64,000 bases of DNA from Alphaproteobacteria bacterium (GTDB taxonomy: Bacteria; Pseudomonadota; Alphaproteobacteria; SP197). Of the stretch, positions 48,912 through 58,892 are shown in pieces (within the stretch, counting starts at the first letter, position 1; the number at the start of each line of letters is the position of its first letter). The notes under the pieces were generated by a model that worked only from the letters and a program-made list of their open reading frames with translations, had not been told where the DNA came from and did no database searches. Position numbers and translations under genes: made by a program. Location of the stretch: positions 1,120,001 to 1,184,000 of the forward strand of contig OZ219918.1 in the NCBI GenBank assembly GCA_964291415.2, read 5' to 3'.

Positions 48912-50735
48912 GTGCGTGTTTCGTCTCTTCTGGCGCCGGTGATCGATGCGGTCTCTGAAGCCGCAGACATGCTGGTCTGGGAATCACGCCGTCCGGAGGG
49001 ACCGCGTGGTGCCGGTGACAAGGCCGACATCGACGTCGAGATCGAGAATCTTCTCGCCTTGCGGCTCGTGAACATCCTGCCGGCGCGCTTTGTGGGTGAG
49101 GAAACGCCGGCGCGCACCGGTGACGGATCACCCTGGTGCTGGCTTGTGGATCCGCACGACGGCACGTGGGCCTGGCTCCAGGGATATCGGGGTTCCTCGG
49201 TGTCGGTCGCCCTGCTCGACGACGGGGTGCCGGTGCTCGGCGTCGTCTGCGCGCCCTTGAGTCCCGATCGCGGCAGGGACCTCATTGCCTGGGCCGAAGG
49301 ATGCGCCAACCTGCTCCGCAATGGTGCCGATGTGCCGGTCGATCTCGCCGCGGATGAACTCTGCGACAAGGCGCTCGTCTTCGTTGACCACACCGCATCG
49401 GCCAGACCGGTTGCCTGGGGCCGCGCCGTGGCGCCGGCGCGCTTCGTCGCCCTGCCGGGCATCGCCTACAGGCTGGCCCGGGTGGCGGCCGGGGACGGCG
49501 TCGCCACCCTTTCCGTGGGTGGGCCGCGGAGCATCGACTATGCTGCCGGCCACGCCCTGCTGCGCGGTGCCGGGGGAGTGCTTCTCGATGAAACCGGCAG
49601 GGAGGTCGTCTATTCCCGGGATGGCGCCGGCCGCGTCCGGCGGTGTTTTGCCGGGGCGCCTGCCGCCGCACGTGAACTGGCCACCCGTTCATGGCCGCCA
49701 CGGCGATGCGAGGAGCCGTCACGGATGAAAGTGGGGCTGACCTGGCCTGCAACCGTGTGTGACGACGTGCTCGACCGGTCCAGGGGTTGCCTCTTCGGCC
49801 AGGTGGTTGGCGACAACCTGGGCGCGTTGGTGGAGTTCATGAACGAGAGCGCGATTGGACGTCACTGTCCCGGAGGCGTTCGCGATCTCAGAGACGGCGG
49901 GTGCTGGAACATCCTCGCCGGTCAGGCGACAGATGACAGCGAGCTTGCCCTCGCCCTTGCGAGAACCCTCGTCAGCACCGGACGCTATGACGAGGAAACT
50001 GTCGCCGCCGCCTACGGCGCATGGCTGCGGTCCGGTCCCTTCGATTGCGGCAACACCACCGCCCGGGCGCTCGGCCCGGCCTCTTGCGCCGCCGACGGAA
50101 TGAAGGCCGCCGCCGCCAGGTCTTCGGCCAGCAAGGAGAGCCAGGCCAACGGATCTCTCATGCGGATCGCGCCCATCGGCATCTGGGCTGGGAAGCCGGG
50201 TCTCGCCGACCGGACGGCTCGTGAGGACTCAGGATTGACCCATCCACATCCGGTGTGTGTCGACGCCTGCGGAGTCTTTGCAGCCGCCATCTCGGAGGGA
50301 CTGCGTTCCGGCGATCGGGCCGCCATGATCGACGTGGCCCGGGCTCATTGCGCCACGCAGGAAATCGCGGATTGCCTCGAAGATGCCGTCGCCGGCACAT
50401 GGCCGGAAGTCTTCGATGAGGACTCCATGGGCTGGGTTCTCATTGCCTTCCTGAATGCCTTCTGCCATCTCGCCCGAGGCGACACGATCGAGGAAACCCT
50501 GGTGAAGACGGTAGCGAGGGGAGGGGACACCGACACCAACGCTGCCATCGCCGGCGCCCTGACGGGAGCGGCTGATGGACTGAAGTCCTTTCCCCTGCGC
50601 TGGGTTCTGCCGGTTCTGGCCTGCCGCCCGGACGGGGCGCTCGGTGCAGCGAGACCGCGTCCGATGATCTACTGGCCCGATGACCTGGCCGGCCTCGCGG
50701 AGGCCCTGGTCACCGCCCGTCAGAACGTGACGTAG
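48912..50735 (+). CDS. Inositol monophosphatase-family domain fused to an ADP-ribosylglycohydrolase (DraG/ARH)
   Basis: N-terminal DVEIE, GEE, VDPHDGT and DYAAG; C-terminal GDNLG, TDDSE, NGSLMRIAP and GGDTDTNAAIAG; GTG 48912 follows a GGAG RBS. Confidence 0.88.
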   Translation: MRVSSLLAPVIDAVSEAADMLVWESRRPEGPRGAGDKADIDVEIENLLALRLVNILPARFVGEETPARTGDGSPWCWLVDPHDGTWAWLQGYRGSSVSVALLDDGVPVLGVVCAPLSPDRGRDLIAWAEGCANLLRNGADVPVDLAADELCDKALVFVDHTASARPVAWGRAVAPARFVALPGIAYRLARVAAGDGVATLSVGGPRSIDYAAGHALLRGAGGVLLDETGREVVYSRDGAGRVRRCFAGAPAAARELATRSWPPRRCEEPSRMKVGLTWPATVCDDVLDRSRGCLFGQVVGDNLGALVEFMNESAIGRHCPGGVRDLRDGGCWNILAGQATDDSELALALARTLVSTGRYDEETVAAAYGAWLRSGPFDCGNTTARALGPASCAADGMKAAAARSSASKESQANGSLMRIAPIGIWAGKPGLADRTAREDSGLTHPHPVCVDACGVFAAAISEGLRSGDRAAMIDVARAHCATQEIADCLEDAVAGTWPEVFDEDSMGWVLIAFLNAFCHLARGDTIEETLVKTVARGGDTDTNAAIAGALTGAADGLKSFPLRWVLPVLACRPDGALGAARPRPMIYWPDDLAGLAEALVTARQNVT

Positions 50736-51520
50736 CGCCGCGAAGCGTGGGGTGCGAGCAGACGAGCATGCTGGTGGACCGCCTCCCGGGAAAGATCGCT
50801 TGAAGGCGGTTGCTCCAGAATGAGATTGCCCTCGTGGCGCCCCCTCACCGCCATGGCCGATACCGGCGGCCCGCCGGTCCACCTGATGCGTCCCGGGAGA
50901 TAGCGAATGCAGATCCCCGTTCGTGGATTGTCCGTCGTGTTCGCTCCGGAGCCATGAACCAGCAGGGCGTGGTGGAGCGACATGGCGCCGGGTTCGAGTT
51001 CGTTGTCGTAAACCGGCCACGCCGCAGTATCGATCCTCGCAGTCTGGCCGTGAGACAGCATGTTGTCCGCACCCAGGCGTTCGTCGTGGACCACGCGGCC
51101 GAGCCGGTGGGATCCCTCAAGGAAGCGCATGCAGCCGTTGGCGGAGGTCGCCGGCGTCAGAGCAACCCAGGCCGTGACGATGTCGAGCGGATCGAGGTTC
51201 CAGTAGCCGGCATCCTGGTGAAAGGAGATGTGGCGCCGGTCTCGCGCGGGCTTGGTCCAGATGTCTGCGCTCATCACCATGATGTCCGGACCCGTCAGCC
51301 GCTCCACCGCATCGAGGATCGCGGGCCGGCGGACCAGCCGGTCCATCCACGTGAAGAGCAGATAGGACTTGTAGTACCAGGGGTGCGGCAGGTCGACGTC
51401 GACCGCTTCGAGCCAGGCGAGGGTAAGGGCGGCATCATCAGCCGGCATGGCGACGAGCGGCGCCGCAAATCCCGAGGCGCGATAATCCCCGATGTCGTGC
51501 CGTGTTCCCGACGCCGTCAT
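50720..51520 (-). CDS. Phytanoyl-CoA dioxygenase (PhyH) family protein
   Basis: FHQD, NGCMRFLEGSH and HGSGAN...R. Confidence 0.9.
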   Translation of the reverse strand: MTASGTRHDIGDYRASGFAAPLVAMPADDAALTLAWLEAVDVDLPHPWYYKSYLLFTWMDRLVRRPAILDAVERLTGPDIMVMSADIWTKPARDRRHISFHQDAGYWNLDPLDIVTAWVALTPATSANGCMRFLEGSHRLGRVVHDERLGADNMLSHGQTARIDTAAWPVYDNELEPGAMSLHHALLVHGSGANTTDNPRTGICIRYLPGRIRWTGGPPVSAMAVRGRHEGNLILEQPPSSDLSREAVHQHARLLAPHASRRYVTF

Positions 51521-51566
51521 TCTTGCAGTACACTCCGCCCCGACAAGACTACCGCCAGGAGATACC

Positions 51567-52574
51567 ATGGGCAGGTTCTATTTTGATGACGATGCCGATC
51601 CGGCCCTGCTCGACGGCAGGACGGTTGCCGTGATCGGTTACGGCAACCAGGGGCGCAGCCAGGCGCTCAACATGAAGGACCGCGGTGTCGACGTGATCGT
51701 CGGCAACATCGAGGACGAATATGCCGAAAGCGCGCGGGCTGACGGATGGGATCTCCTGACCATCGAGGAGGCGGCCGCCCGGGCCGATGTCCTGATGATG
51801 CTGACGTCCGACGACAGTCAGCCGGACGTCTATGAAAACTGGGTGAAGAAGAGCCTCAAGCCCGGTGACGTCATGTGCTTTGCCCATGGCTTCAACATCC
51901 ATTACGGCGAGATTTCCCCCGACCCGCAGACGGATGTCGTCATGGTTGCGCCACGCATGCTCGGAGAGGGCGTGCGGGCGACGTTCCTCGAGGGGCGCGG
52001 CTTTCCGAGCCTGATTGCCGTGGCTCAGGACGGCAGTGGCAGGGCTCTCGACATGTGTCTTGCGATCTCCTGGGCGATCGGCACGACACGAATGGGGGCG
52101 CTGGAATCGAGTTTCGGTGAGGAGGTCCTCATCGATCTCTTCGAGGAACACCAGCCGGGGCTCTACGCCCTGCGCGCCATGTACACGGCCCTCGTCGAGG
52201 CGGGCTGTTCTCCCGAGGCGGTGATGCTCGATCTCTATGCGTCCGGAGAAAGCGTCAAGTTCGCCGAGTACGGGCGTGACCTCGGCGCCTTCGAGCGCAT
52301 GAAACGAACCAGCGCCACGGCGCAATTCGGCCATCTTGTGTGGTCGAAACAGTACTTCGACGAGGAAGGGACGCTTGAAGGCATGCGCCGGATGATCGCC
52401 AACATCAAGGACGGCAGCTTCATCCGTGCGCTAAAGGCCGAACGGCAGAAGAACCGGCCGGCGGTCGAGGCTGTCTGGCAGGAAAACAACGATCACGATC
52501 TTGTCCGCCGTGAACACGACCTCTATCAGCTACTCGGACGCCGGGAGAAGGGTGCGCCGACCCCCGGAGGCTGA
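51567..52574 (+). CDS. Ketol-acid reductoisomerase-like protein (divergent IlvC paralogue)
   Basis: GYGNQG, FAHGFNIH, MVAPRMLG, DLFEE and LYASGE; AGGAG RBS. Confidence 0.85.
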   Translation: MGRFYFDDDADPALLDGRTVAVIGYGNQGRSQALNMKDRGVDVIVGNIEDEYAESARADGWDLLTIEEAAARADVLMMLTSDDSQPDVYENWVKKSLKPGDVMCFAHGFNIHYGEISPDPQTDVVMVAPRMLGEGVRATFLEGRGFPSLIAVAQDGSGRALDMCLAISWAIGTTRMGALESSFGEEVLIDLFEEHQPGLYALRAMYTALVEAGCSPEAVMLDLYASGESVKFAEYGRDLGAFERMKRTSATAQFGHLVWSKQYFDEEGTLEGMRRMIANIKDGSFIRALKAERQKNRPAVEAVWQENNDHDLVRREHDLYQLLGRREKGAPTPGG

Positions 52575-52640
52575 CGAGGCGCACGGCAGTTTCAGGGGTC
52601 GGTGCCGTCCGGCCTCCAGTGAAGAAACCGGTTCTCATGC

Positions 52641-54707
52641 ATGCCGCACACTACGGACAAGAGCCAAACGATGGGTGAAGACGGCTGGCGTCTTGGCGTC
52701 GATATCGGTGGGACCTTCACCGACTTCCAGCTCATGAACACCCGGTCGGGAGAGGTGATGGCGCTGAAGACGCCGTCGACTCCCGACGACCCGTCGCTGG
52801 CGGTGGCGAGAGGACTCGAGGACATCACCAGCCGGCATGGCATTGACCCTTCCGCCATCCGCTACTTCGCGCACGGCACCACGCTCGCCGTCAACACGCT
52901 TCTCGAGCGCAAGGGCGCGTGCACCGGGGTGCTGATGACCCGGGGCTTCACCGATACGCTCGAACTGCGCCGTCTGCGTCTTTCGAAGGCCAACGATTTC
53001 TTTGTGCCCCGACCCGTTCCGCTGGTGCCCCGCCGGCTGGTCCGTCCGGTCGACGAGAGACTCAAGGCCGATGGAGAGGTCATCACGCCACTGCAGCGCG
53101 AGGACGTGGAGGAGCAGGTCCGGGCCCTGCTGGACGAGGGTGTGGAGACGATTGCCGTGTGCCTTCTTCACGCATATCGCAACCCGCGTCACGAACAACT
53201 GGCAAGACAATGGATCACGGAGAGTTTTCCTCAAGTCTACGTCACCATCTCAACCGATGTGTGGCCTCAGCAGCGGGAGTATGAACGCGCTCTCGTCAGT
53301 GTCATCAATGCCTATGTCGGCGGTCGCATGGAGGCCTACTTCACTACCCTCGAGAAACGGACACGGGACCTTGCCATGCCATGCCGCGTCTTTTCGACGA
53401 AGTCGAACGGCGGCGTGATGACGGCCGCCTCGGCGGCCCGGCGGCCGGTCGAGACCCTGCTCTCCGGTCCGGCCTCGGGGGTGATCGGCGCCCGCCATGT
53501 CGCCAGTTCCATCGGAGACGATCATGTCGTTACCCTCGACATGGGCGGCACCAGTGTCGACGTGTCGATCATCCAGGGAGCCATCGGCCAGGCGACCGAC
53601 AACACGATCGGGGACATCCCGGTCATCATGCCGGCCGTCGACGTGTCGGCGGTCGGTGCCGGCGGCGGTTCGATCGCCTGGACGGACAGCGAAGGCGTGC
53701 TCAAGGTGGGTCCCCGGAGCGCCGGGGCCCGGCCGGGTCCTGCGTGCTATGGACGGGGCGGCACGCAGCCAACCGTGACCGATGCCTACCTCGTGGCCGG
53801 CATCATCGCCGAGGACAGCCTCCTCGATGGCACGATGGTTCTCGATCGTGCGCGGGCACATGCCGCGATCGACCGACTGGCAGCTGTCATCGGCCGCACG
53901 GGAAGCGAGACCGCCGATGCGATACTCCAGGTGACGACAGCCAACATCTACGCGCAGCTGCTGCCCCTGACGGCGCGCCGCGGGATCGACACGACGGGAT
54001 TTTCCATGCTGGCCTATGGCGCCGCCGGTCCGACGCAGGCCTTCATGCTGGCGCGGGAACTGGACCTGCGCCGTATCATCGTGCCGCCGGCCCCCGGGAC
54101 TCTGTGCGCCCTTGGATGCCTTGTCGCGGATTTCCGTGCGGACTTCGTCCAGAGTGTATGGCGTGACCTCGACACCCTCTCGGACAGGGATCTTGGCGAT
54201 ACCTACGCCAGTCTCGAAGCAAAGGCCCGCGCCTGGCTGGCGGAACAGGACGCCGGGGTGGCGGACGTCCATGTCCTGCGTTCGGCGGATCTCTGTCATG
54301 TCGGCCAATCCTACGAGATCAACGTGCCGTTCCCGGACGTACAGGCCTTGTCCACCGAAGACCTCAATCGATGGTTTCTCGAGCGTTATCAGAGAGTCTA
54401 CGGCTATCACGACCCGCATGCGCCCGTGCGGATGCTGGAAGCACGCCTGCAGATTGTCGGTGTGACACCCTCTCCTCCGGTGTTTTCCAGGCCCGCCGGA
54501 GGCGGCGGCCGGCCACGCGGCGTGCGGCGAGTTCACGAAGCGGGCGACGCAGTGGAGGCTCACGTGTGGCGGCGCGAGGATCTGCGGCAGGGGGAGACCT
54601 ATCCCGGTCCCCTTGTGATCGAGCAGTACGACACCACCACGTGGGTGCCACCGGGATTCGTGGCGACGGTTGACGATTTCGGGAATCTCGTCGGGGAGCG
54701 CGGCTGA
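52641..54707 (+). CDS. Hydantoinase A/5-oxoprolinase family ATP-binding subunit
   Basis: GVDIGGTFTD, HGTT, SGPASG, DMGGTS, GAGGGS and PTVTDA. Confidence 0.93.
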   Translation: MPHTTDKSQTMGEDGWRLGVDIGGTFTDFQLMNTRSGEVMALKTPSTPDDPSLAVARGLEDITSRHGIDPSAIRYFAHGTTLAVNTLLERKGACTGVLMTRGFTDTLELRRLRLSKANDFFVPRPVPLVPRRLVRPVDERLKADGEVITPLQREDVEEQVRALLDEGVETIAVCLLHAYRNPRHEQLARQWITESFPQVYVTISTDVWPQQREYERALVSVINAYVGGRMEAYFTTLEKRTRDLAMPCRVFSTKSNGGVMTAASAARRPVETLLSGPASGVIGARHVASSIGDDHVVTLDMGGTSVDVSIIQGAIGQATDNTIGDIPVIMPAVDVSAVGAGGGSIAWTDSEGVLKVGPRSAGARPGPACYGRGGTQPTVTDAYLVAGIIAEDSLLDGTMVLDRARAHAAIDRLAAVIGRTGSETADAILQVTTANIYAQLLPLTARRGIDTTGFSMLAYGAAGPTQAFMLARELDLRRIIVPPAPGTLCALGCLVADFRADFVQSVWRDLDTLSDRDLGDTYASLEAKARAWLAEQDAGVADVHVLRSADLCHVGQSYEINVPFPDVQALSTEDLNRWFLERYQRVYGYHDPHAPVRMLEARLQIVGVTPSPPVFSRPAGGGGRPRGVRRVHEAGDAVEAHVWRREDLRQGETYPGPLVIEQYDTTTWVPPGFVATVDDFGNLVGERG

Positions 54708-56704
54708 TGCACGATCCCGTTCGCCTCGAAATCCTTCTCAACCGCTTCCAGGCCATTGTCGACGAGATGGCAGGCGTGATTTCGCGCACCGCGCACACTG
54801 TCTTCGTCAAGGAAACACAGGACTACGGATCGGTTCTCGTGTCGCGATCCGGCGAGGTGTTCGCCGCGCCGCGCCGCTATGGGGTGCTGATGATGATCGG
54901 CATGCCCATGGCTGGGGCCCTGGAGCGGATCGGTGACGATGTCGAGGAGGGCGACGTCTTCATCTCCAATGATCCGGACGCCACCCGGGGCATGGCGACC
55001 CATCTTTCCGATGTCTACCTCTGGGCTCCGATCCATGTTGACGGCGCCTTGCTGTGCTGGGCGTGGACATTCATCCATGTCTCGGACATCGGAGGCCGGG
55101 TTCCCGGATCGATCGCGCCGTCGAGCCACGAAATCATCCAGGAAGGCCTGCGGATCCCGCCACAGAAACTCTATTGCGGTGGCGAGCTCAACCAGCCCCT
55201 GCTGGACATGATTCTCGCCAATTGCCGGACTCCGGAGGGCAACTGGGGCGACATGAAGGCCTGTCTTGCCGGGCTTGCAACCGCCGAAAGGAGGGTGCGG
55301 CACCTCGTTGATCATTACGGCTGCGAGGTCATCGATCACACGATCGACGAGGCTCTCGACTATGCCGAGACGCAGGCGCGCCGGGTGATCGCCCATGTTC
55401 CAGACGGCAGCTATCGCTACACCGACTACATCGAGGCCGACATGGTGGGCCTCGGACTGGTGCGCATCCATGTCACGCTGACGGTCGAGGGCGATGGCAT
55501 GCTGCTTGATTTCACGGGAACGGCTCCCCAGGTGAGAGCAGCCCTCAACATTCCGACCTACAACCAGGACGGGCACTGGATGCTGATTACCGGCCTGGTG
55601 AACTGGATGTGCACACAGGCGCCGTCCATTGCCTACAACGCCGGGCTGGTGCGACCGCTGAAGGTGACGATCCCGAAGGGAACGATTCTCAACCCCGAGC
55701 CAGGCGCCGCCTGCGGGGCACGCTATTCCACCAGCCACAAGGTGTGCGACGTCACCGTGGGAGCCCTGGCCCAGGCGGTGCCCATGGAGTTGCCGGCAAC
55801 GGATTCGGGCCAGGGGTCCATTCTTCTCGTTTCGGTCCCCGACCTGGCGACCGGCGGCACCAAGGTGTCGGTCATTCAGCCCATCGTCGGTGGTTCCGGT
55901 GGCCGACCGGTGGCGGACGGTGTCGATGGCACCATGGTGATTCTCAACTTTCTCAAGAATATCCCGACGGAGATCTTCGAGAACGAGATGCCGGAAATCC
56001 TCATCCGCCACTATGGACTGAGGGAAGATTCAGGCGGTCCGGGCCGCTACAGGGGAGGTACCGGCATCGAGATCGAGATCGAGACCTCCTCGCACTACAC
56101 CTCGATCACGTCGCGGTGCATGGAACGATATGTCTTCGGCCCGCCCGGCAGACTGGGCGGATACATGGGCGCCACGGGATACACCAGGCTCAATCCGGGA
56201 ACGCCCCTGGAGCGCGATCTCGGCAAGATCGATGTCCTCGAACTGCAGCCCGGTGATGTCCTGAGGATCGGAACCCAGGGCGGAGGCGGCTTCGGTGACC
56301 CTCTCGAAAGGCCGGAAGCCGACGTGGCGTTTGATGTGATGAACGGCGTCGTCAATCGAACCAGCGCGGAGCGCCACTACGGGGTCGTGCTCGATGATGA
56401 AGGCGTCATCGATGCTACGGCAACATCCGGCCGGCGTCAGGCCATCCGCGCGCAGCGGGGTTGGCAGGATCCGCCGCTCTATGGATTCGGTGAAGCCCGG
56501 GAGGCCTGGTCGGTCCTGTGGACGGATGATCTCGAGGACGCCATCTCGGCAGCCACCCGGGACCTGCCGGTGCAGTTGCGGCAATTCGTCCATCAGCAAC
56601 TCGTCGAGGAGATCCGCAAGCGCCTCGAAAGCGGAGAAACCGTGGCGCCGGCGTGCGTTCCCGATCTTCTTGCCATGTTCAGCACGGGCGTACGGCGAGC
56701 ATGA
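54707..56704 (+). CDS. Hydantoinase B/5-oxoprolinase family subunit
   Basis: SNDPD...THLSD, HVSDIGG, QEGLRIPP, DSGGPGRYRGG and GGGGFGDP; TGATG coupling. Confidence 0.93.
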   Translation: MHDPVRLEILLNRFQAIVDEMAGVISRTAHTVFVKETQDYGSVLVSRSGEVFAAPRRYGVLMMIGMPMAGALERIGDDVEEGDVFISNDPDATRGMATHLSDVYLWAPIHVDGALLCWAWTFIHVSDIGGRVPGSIAPSSHEIIQEGLRIPPQKLYCGGELNQPLLDMILANCRTPEGNWGDMKACLAGLATAERRVRHLVDHYGCEVIDHTIDEALDYAETQARRVIAHVPDGSYRYTDYIEADMVGLGLVRIHVTLTVEGDGMLLDFTGTAPQVRAALNIPTYNQDGHWMLITGLVNWMCTQAPSIAYNAGLVRPLKVTIPKGTILNPEPGAACGARYSTSHKVCDVTVGALAQAVPMELPATDSGQGSILLVSVPDLATGGTKVSVIQPIVGGSGGRPVADGVDGTMVILNFLKNIPTEIFENEMPEILIRHYGLREDSGGPGRYRGGTGIEIEIETSSHYTSITSRCMERYVFGPPGRLGGYMGATGYTRLNPGTPLERDLGKIDVLELQPGDVLRIGTQGGGGFGDPLERPEADVAFDVMNGVVNRTSAERHYGVVLDDEGVIDATATSGRRQAIRAQRGWQDPPLYGFGEAREAWSVLWTDDLEDAISAATRDLPVQLRQFVHQQLVEEIRKRLESGETVAPACVPDLLAMFSTGVRRA

Positions 56705-56773
56705 GCCAACGCCCTCGAATGCGGGACAACCATGATAGCGGCGGTCTCGACGACTGAAGTGTCTGCAGGATGG

Positions 56774-57970
56774 TCAGGAAAGGGCGCCGTGGGGGAGGTT
56801 CATGTTGGCCGCATCGCTTCCCAGGGAACTGGCCAGCAGGCGCAGGGTCGAATTGAACTCGTCGGTCTCGATGTTGCATGACCTCATGTAGCGGTCGCTG
56901 TCGGCGACGAACTCCGTCCTCCCGTGGAGCACCCGCTGATTGTTGAAGAACAGCGCTTCGCCGGAGGCACAGGGAAGGGTGATCCGGTATGCCGGATCGA
57001 AGAGCATCTCCTGCAGCAGGCGCATGGCGCGGTAGAAGGAGCGGACCTCACCATCGGGGAGGTCGCCCGGACCGATCGCCCGGTCGAGAAGCCGGATTCC
57101 GGCAATCTCTCCATCCTCATCGAGGCTGAAGGCTGGTGCGCGCATGCGAAAGTCGCGGTCCGGGTTGACCAGGCGCCGATAGAAGGTAATGGGCCGGGTC
57201 GACAGCAGGCGGAAGGCTTCTTCGTCCACTTCCTTGAGACGCATGCCGACATGGAAGCCGTCAGTCAGGGTCGAGGCCCCGCCATGTGCGGATGCCTGGA
57301 CAAAGTGAAAGCAGGTCACGGCCGGCGGATTCTGGCGGTAGGGCTCATCCGTGTGGGGATCGAGCCTGACGTTGAGGTCACCCAGGACGAGAGCGTCCCG
57401 CTTGTAGGTGAACTCGTAGATCCTGCCGTAGTTCGTGGTCCGCAAGGGCCCCGCCAGAGAGGCGATCGCTTCGGTCTGATCCGGGTCGCGCGGCACACCC
57501 CGCACCAGGACAAAACCGTAGTCCCTCAGCGCCTCCAGCATGGCCAGGTGCGCGGCCCCGTCCTTCATGCATGCGTCATAGTCCGCCTCGGGCGGGCGGC
57601 CCTCCAGACCGTTGTCCCAAAGGACCGGTCGGAAGCGCCGCCGGTCCCGTTCGGCGGAACTGTTGCATCGGTTGCGCAGCCACTCGCCGGCAAAGCTGCT
57701 GGCATGACCGTCGCCGGACCAGATGACCTCCAGGGCTCCATGTTCTCTCGCCCGAGTGCTGACAATGCGAATGTCCTCGGGGATATCGACGAGCCGCAGC
57801 GTGCGTATGGCGCTGTGGTAGGTGCCGCACGAGGCGCACTCGCAGGCGTATCTCAGCCAGAGCGCATCAAATCTGCTTCGGTGTCTGTCCTGCCAGTGAA
57901 TGACCAGATGGTCCCCGGCGTTGTCGATATGGGCGATACGGTAACGCGGCGTCGAGGAAACCCCAGTCAT
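56774..57970 (-). CDS. Gamma-butyrobetaine hydroxylase-like Fe(II)/2-oxoglutarate dioxygenase
   Basis: WLRYACECASC Zn domain (DUF971-like), PHTDEPY, DGFH and NNQRVLHGR. Confidence 0.88.
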   Translation of the reverse strand: MTGVSSTPRYRIAHIDNAGDHLVIHWQDRHRSRFDALWLRYACECASCGTYHSAIRTLRLVDIPEDIRIVSTRAREHGALEVIWSGDGHASSFAGEWLRNRCNSSAERDRRRFRPVLWDNGLEGRPPEADYDACMKDGAAHLAMLEALRDYGFVLVRGVPRDPDQTEAIASLAGPLRTTNYGRIYEFTYKRDALVLGDLNVRLDPHTDEPYRQNPPAVTCFHFVQASAHGGASTLTDGFHVGMRLKEVDEEAFRLLSTRPITFYRRLVNPDRDFRMRAPAFSLDEDGEIAGIRLLDRAIGPGDLPDGEVRSFYRAMRLLQEMLFDPAYRITLPCASGEALFFNNQRVLHGRTEFVADSDRYMRSCNIETDEFNSTLRLLASSLGSDAANMNLPHGALS

Positions 57971-58136
57971 GGTGGCACCCCCTGGCGAATCGACACCACA
58001 AAATGTGTCACAACCGTGTTTTGGCGACAAGCGGGAAGTGTTCCGATGAATCCCATGGTCACCTTCTGCAACGATCCTGACAAGAATGCCGGGCCGCTGG
58101 TAGACTTGGCGCATCGTCTGATCGGATTGAAATGCC

Positions 58137-58889
58137 ATGACACAGCCACGAGAGGTTCCCGGCCCCATGTCCGAGGAGGAGTGGCAGGTTCGCTGCGACC
58201 TTGCGGCGTGCTACCAGCTGGTCGATCTCTACGGCTGGTCGGATCTGTCGAGCACCCATATCTCCGCGCGCATTCCGGGGACCGATGACGTGCTCTTCAA
58301 CCCCTATGGCGTGCTCTTCGACCAGATCACCGCAAGTTCACTGGTGAAAGTCGACAGCAGTGGCGAGGGCGACATCAATCCCGCCGGTTTTCTGATTCAT
58401 CGTGCCATCCACGATGCCAGGCCGGACGTTCACTGCGTTCTTCATACCCACACGCGGGCCGGCAACGCCGTGGCCATGCAGGAGGCCGGGCTGCTGCCGC
58501 TCAGCCAGAAGGCCCTCATCCTGATGGGCTGGATCGGCTATCACGACTTTGAGGGTGTCGTTCTCGACGCCGATGAACAGCAGCGCCTTGTCCGCGATCT
58601 TGGCGACAACATGATTCTCGTCCTGCGCAACCACGGACTTCTCACCTGCGGCGACAGCATCGCAGCGGCGTTCGTGTGGATGCACCGCATGGAAGCCGCC
58701 TGCAGGTACCAGGTGGACGGCATGTCGGGCGGCACGCCGCTTCGCTATCCCGATGAGAGTGTCCAGGAGAAGACCATCGAGCAGGGCCGCCGCATTCTTT
58801 CGAACTCGGGCCATGCGCGCTCGGGCATGGAGTGGGCATCCCTTCTCACGCAGCTCGACCGGGAACGAGGGAACGCCTGGCGGACGTGA
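58137..58889 (+). CDS. Class II aldolase/adducin family protein
   Basis: RCDLAACY, THISAR, LHTHT and LRNHG. Confidence 0.92.
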   Translation: MTQPREVPGPMSEEEWQVRCDLAACYQLVDLYGWSDLSSTHISARIPGTDDVLFNPYGVLFDQITASSLVKVDSSGEGDINPAGFLIHRAIHDARPDVHCVLHTHTRAGNAVAMQEAGLLPLSQKALILMGWIGYHDFEGVVLDADEQQRLVRDLGDNMILVLRNHGLLTCGDSIAAAFVWMHRMEAACRYQVDGMSGGTPLRYPDESVQEKTIEQGRRILSNSGHARSGMEWASLLTQLDRERGNAWRT

Positions 58890-58892
58890 AGT

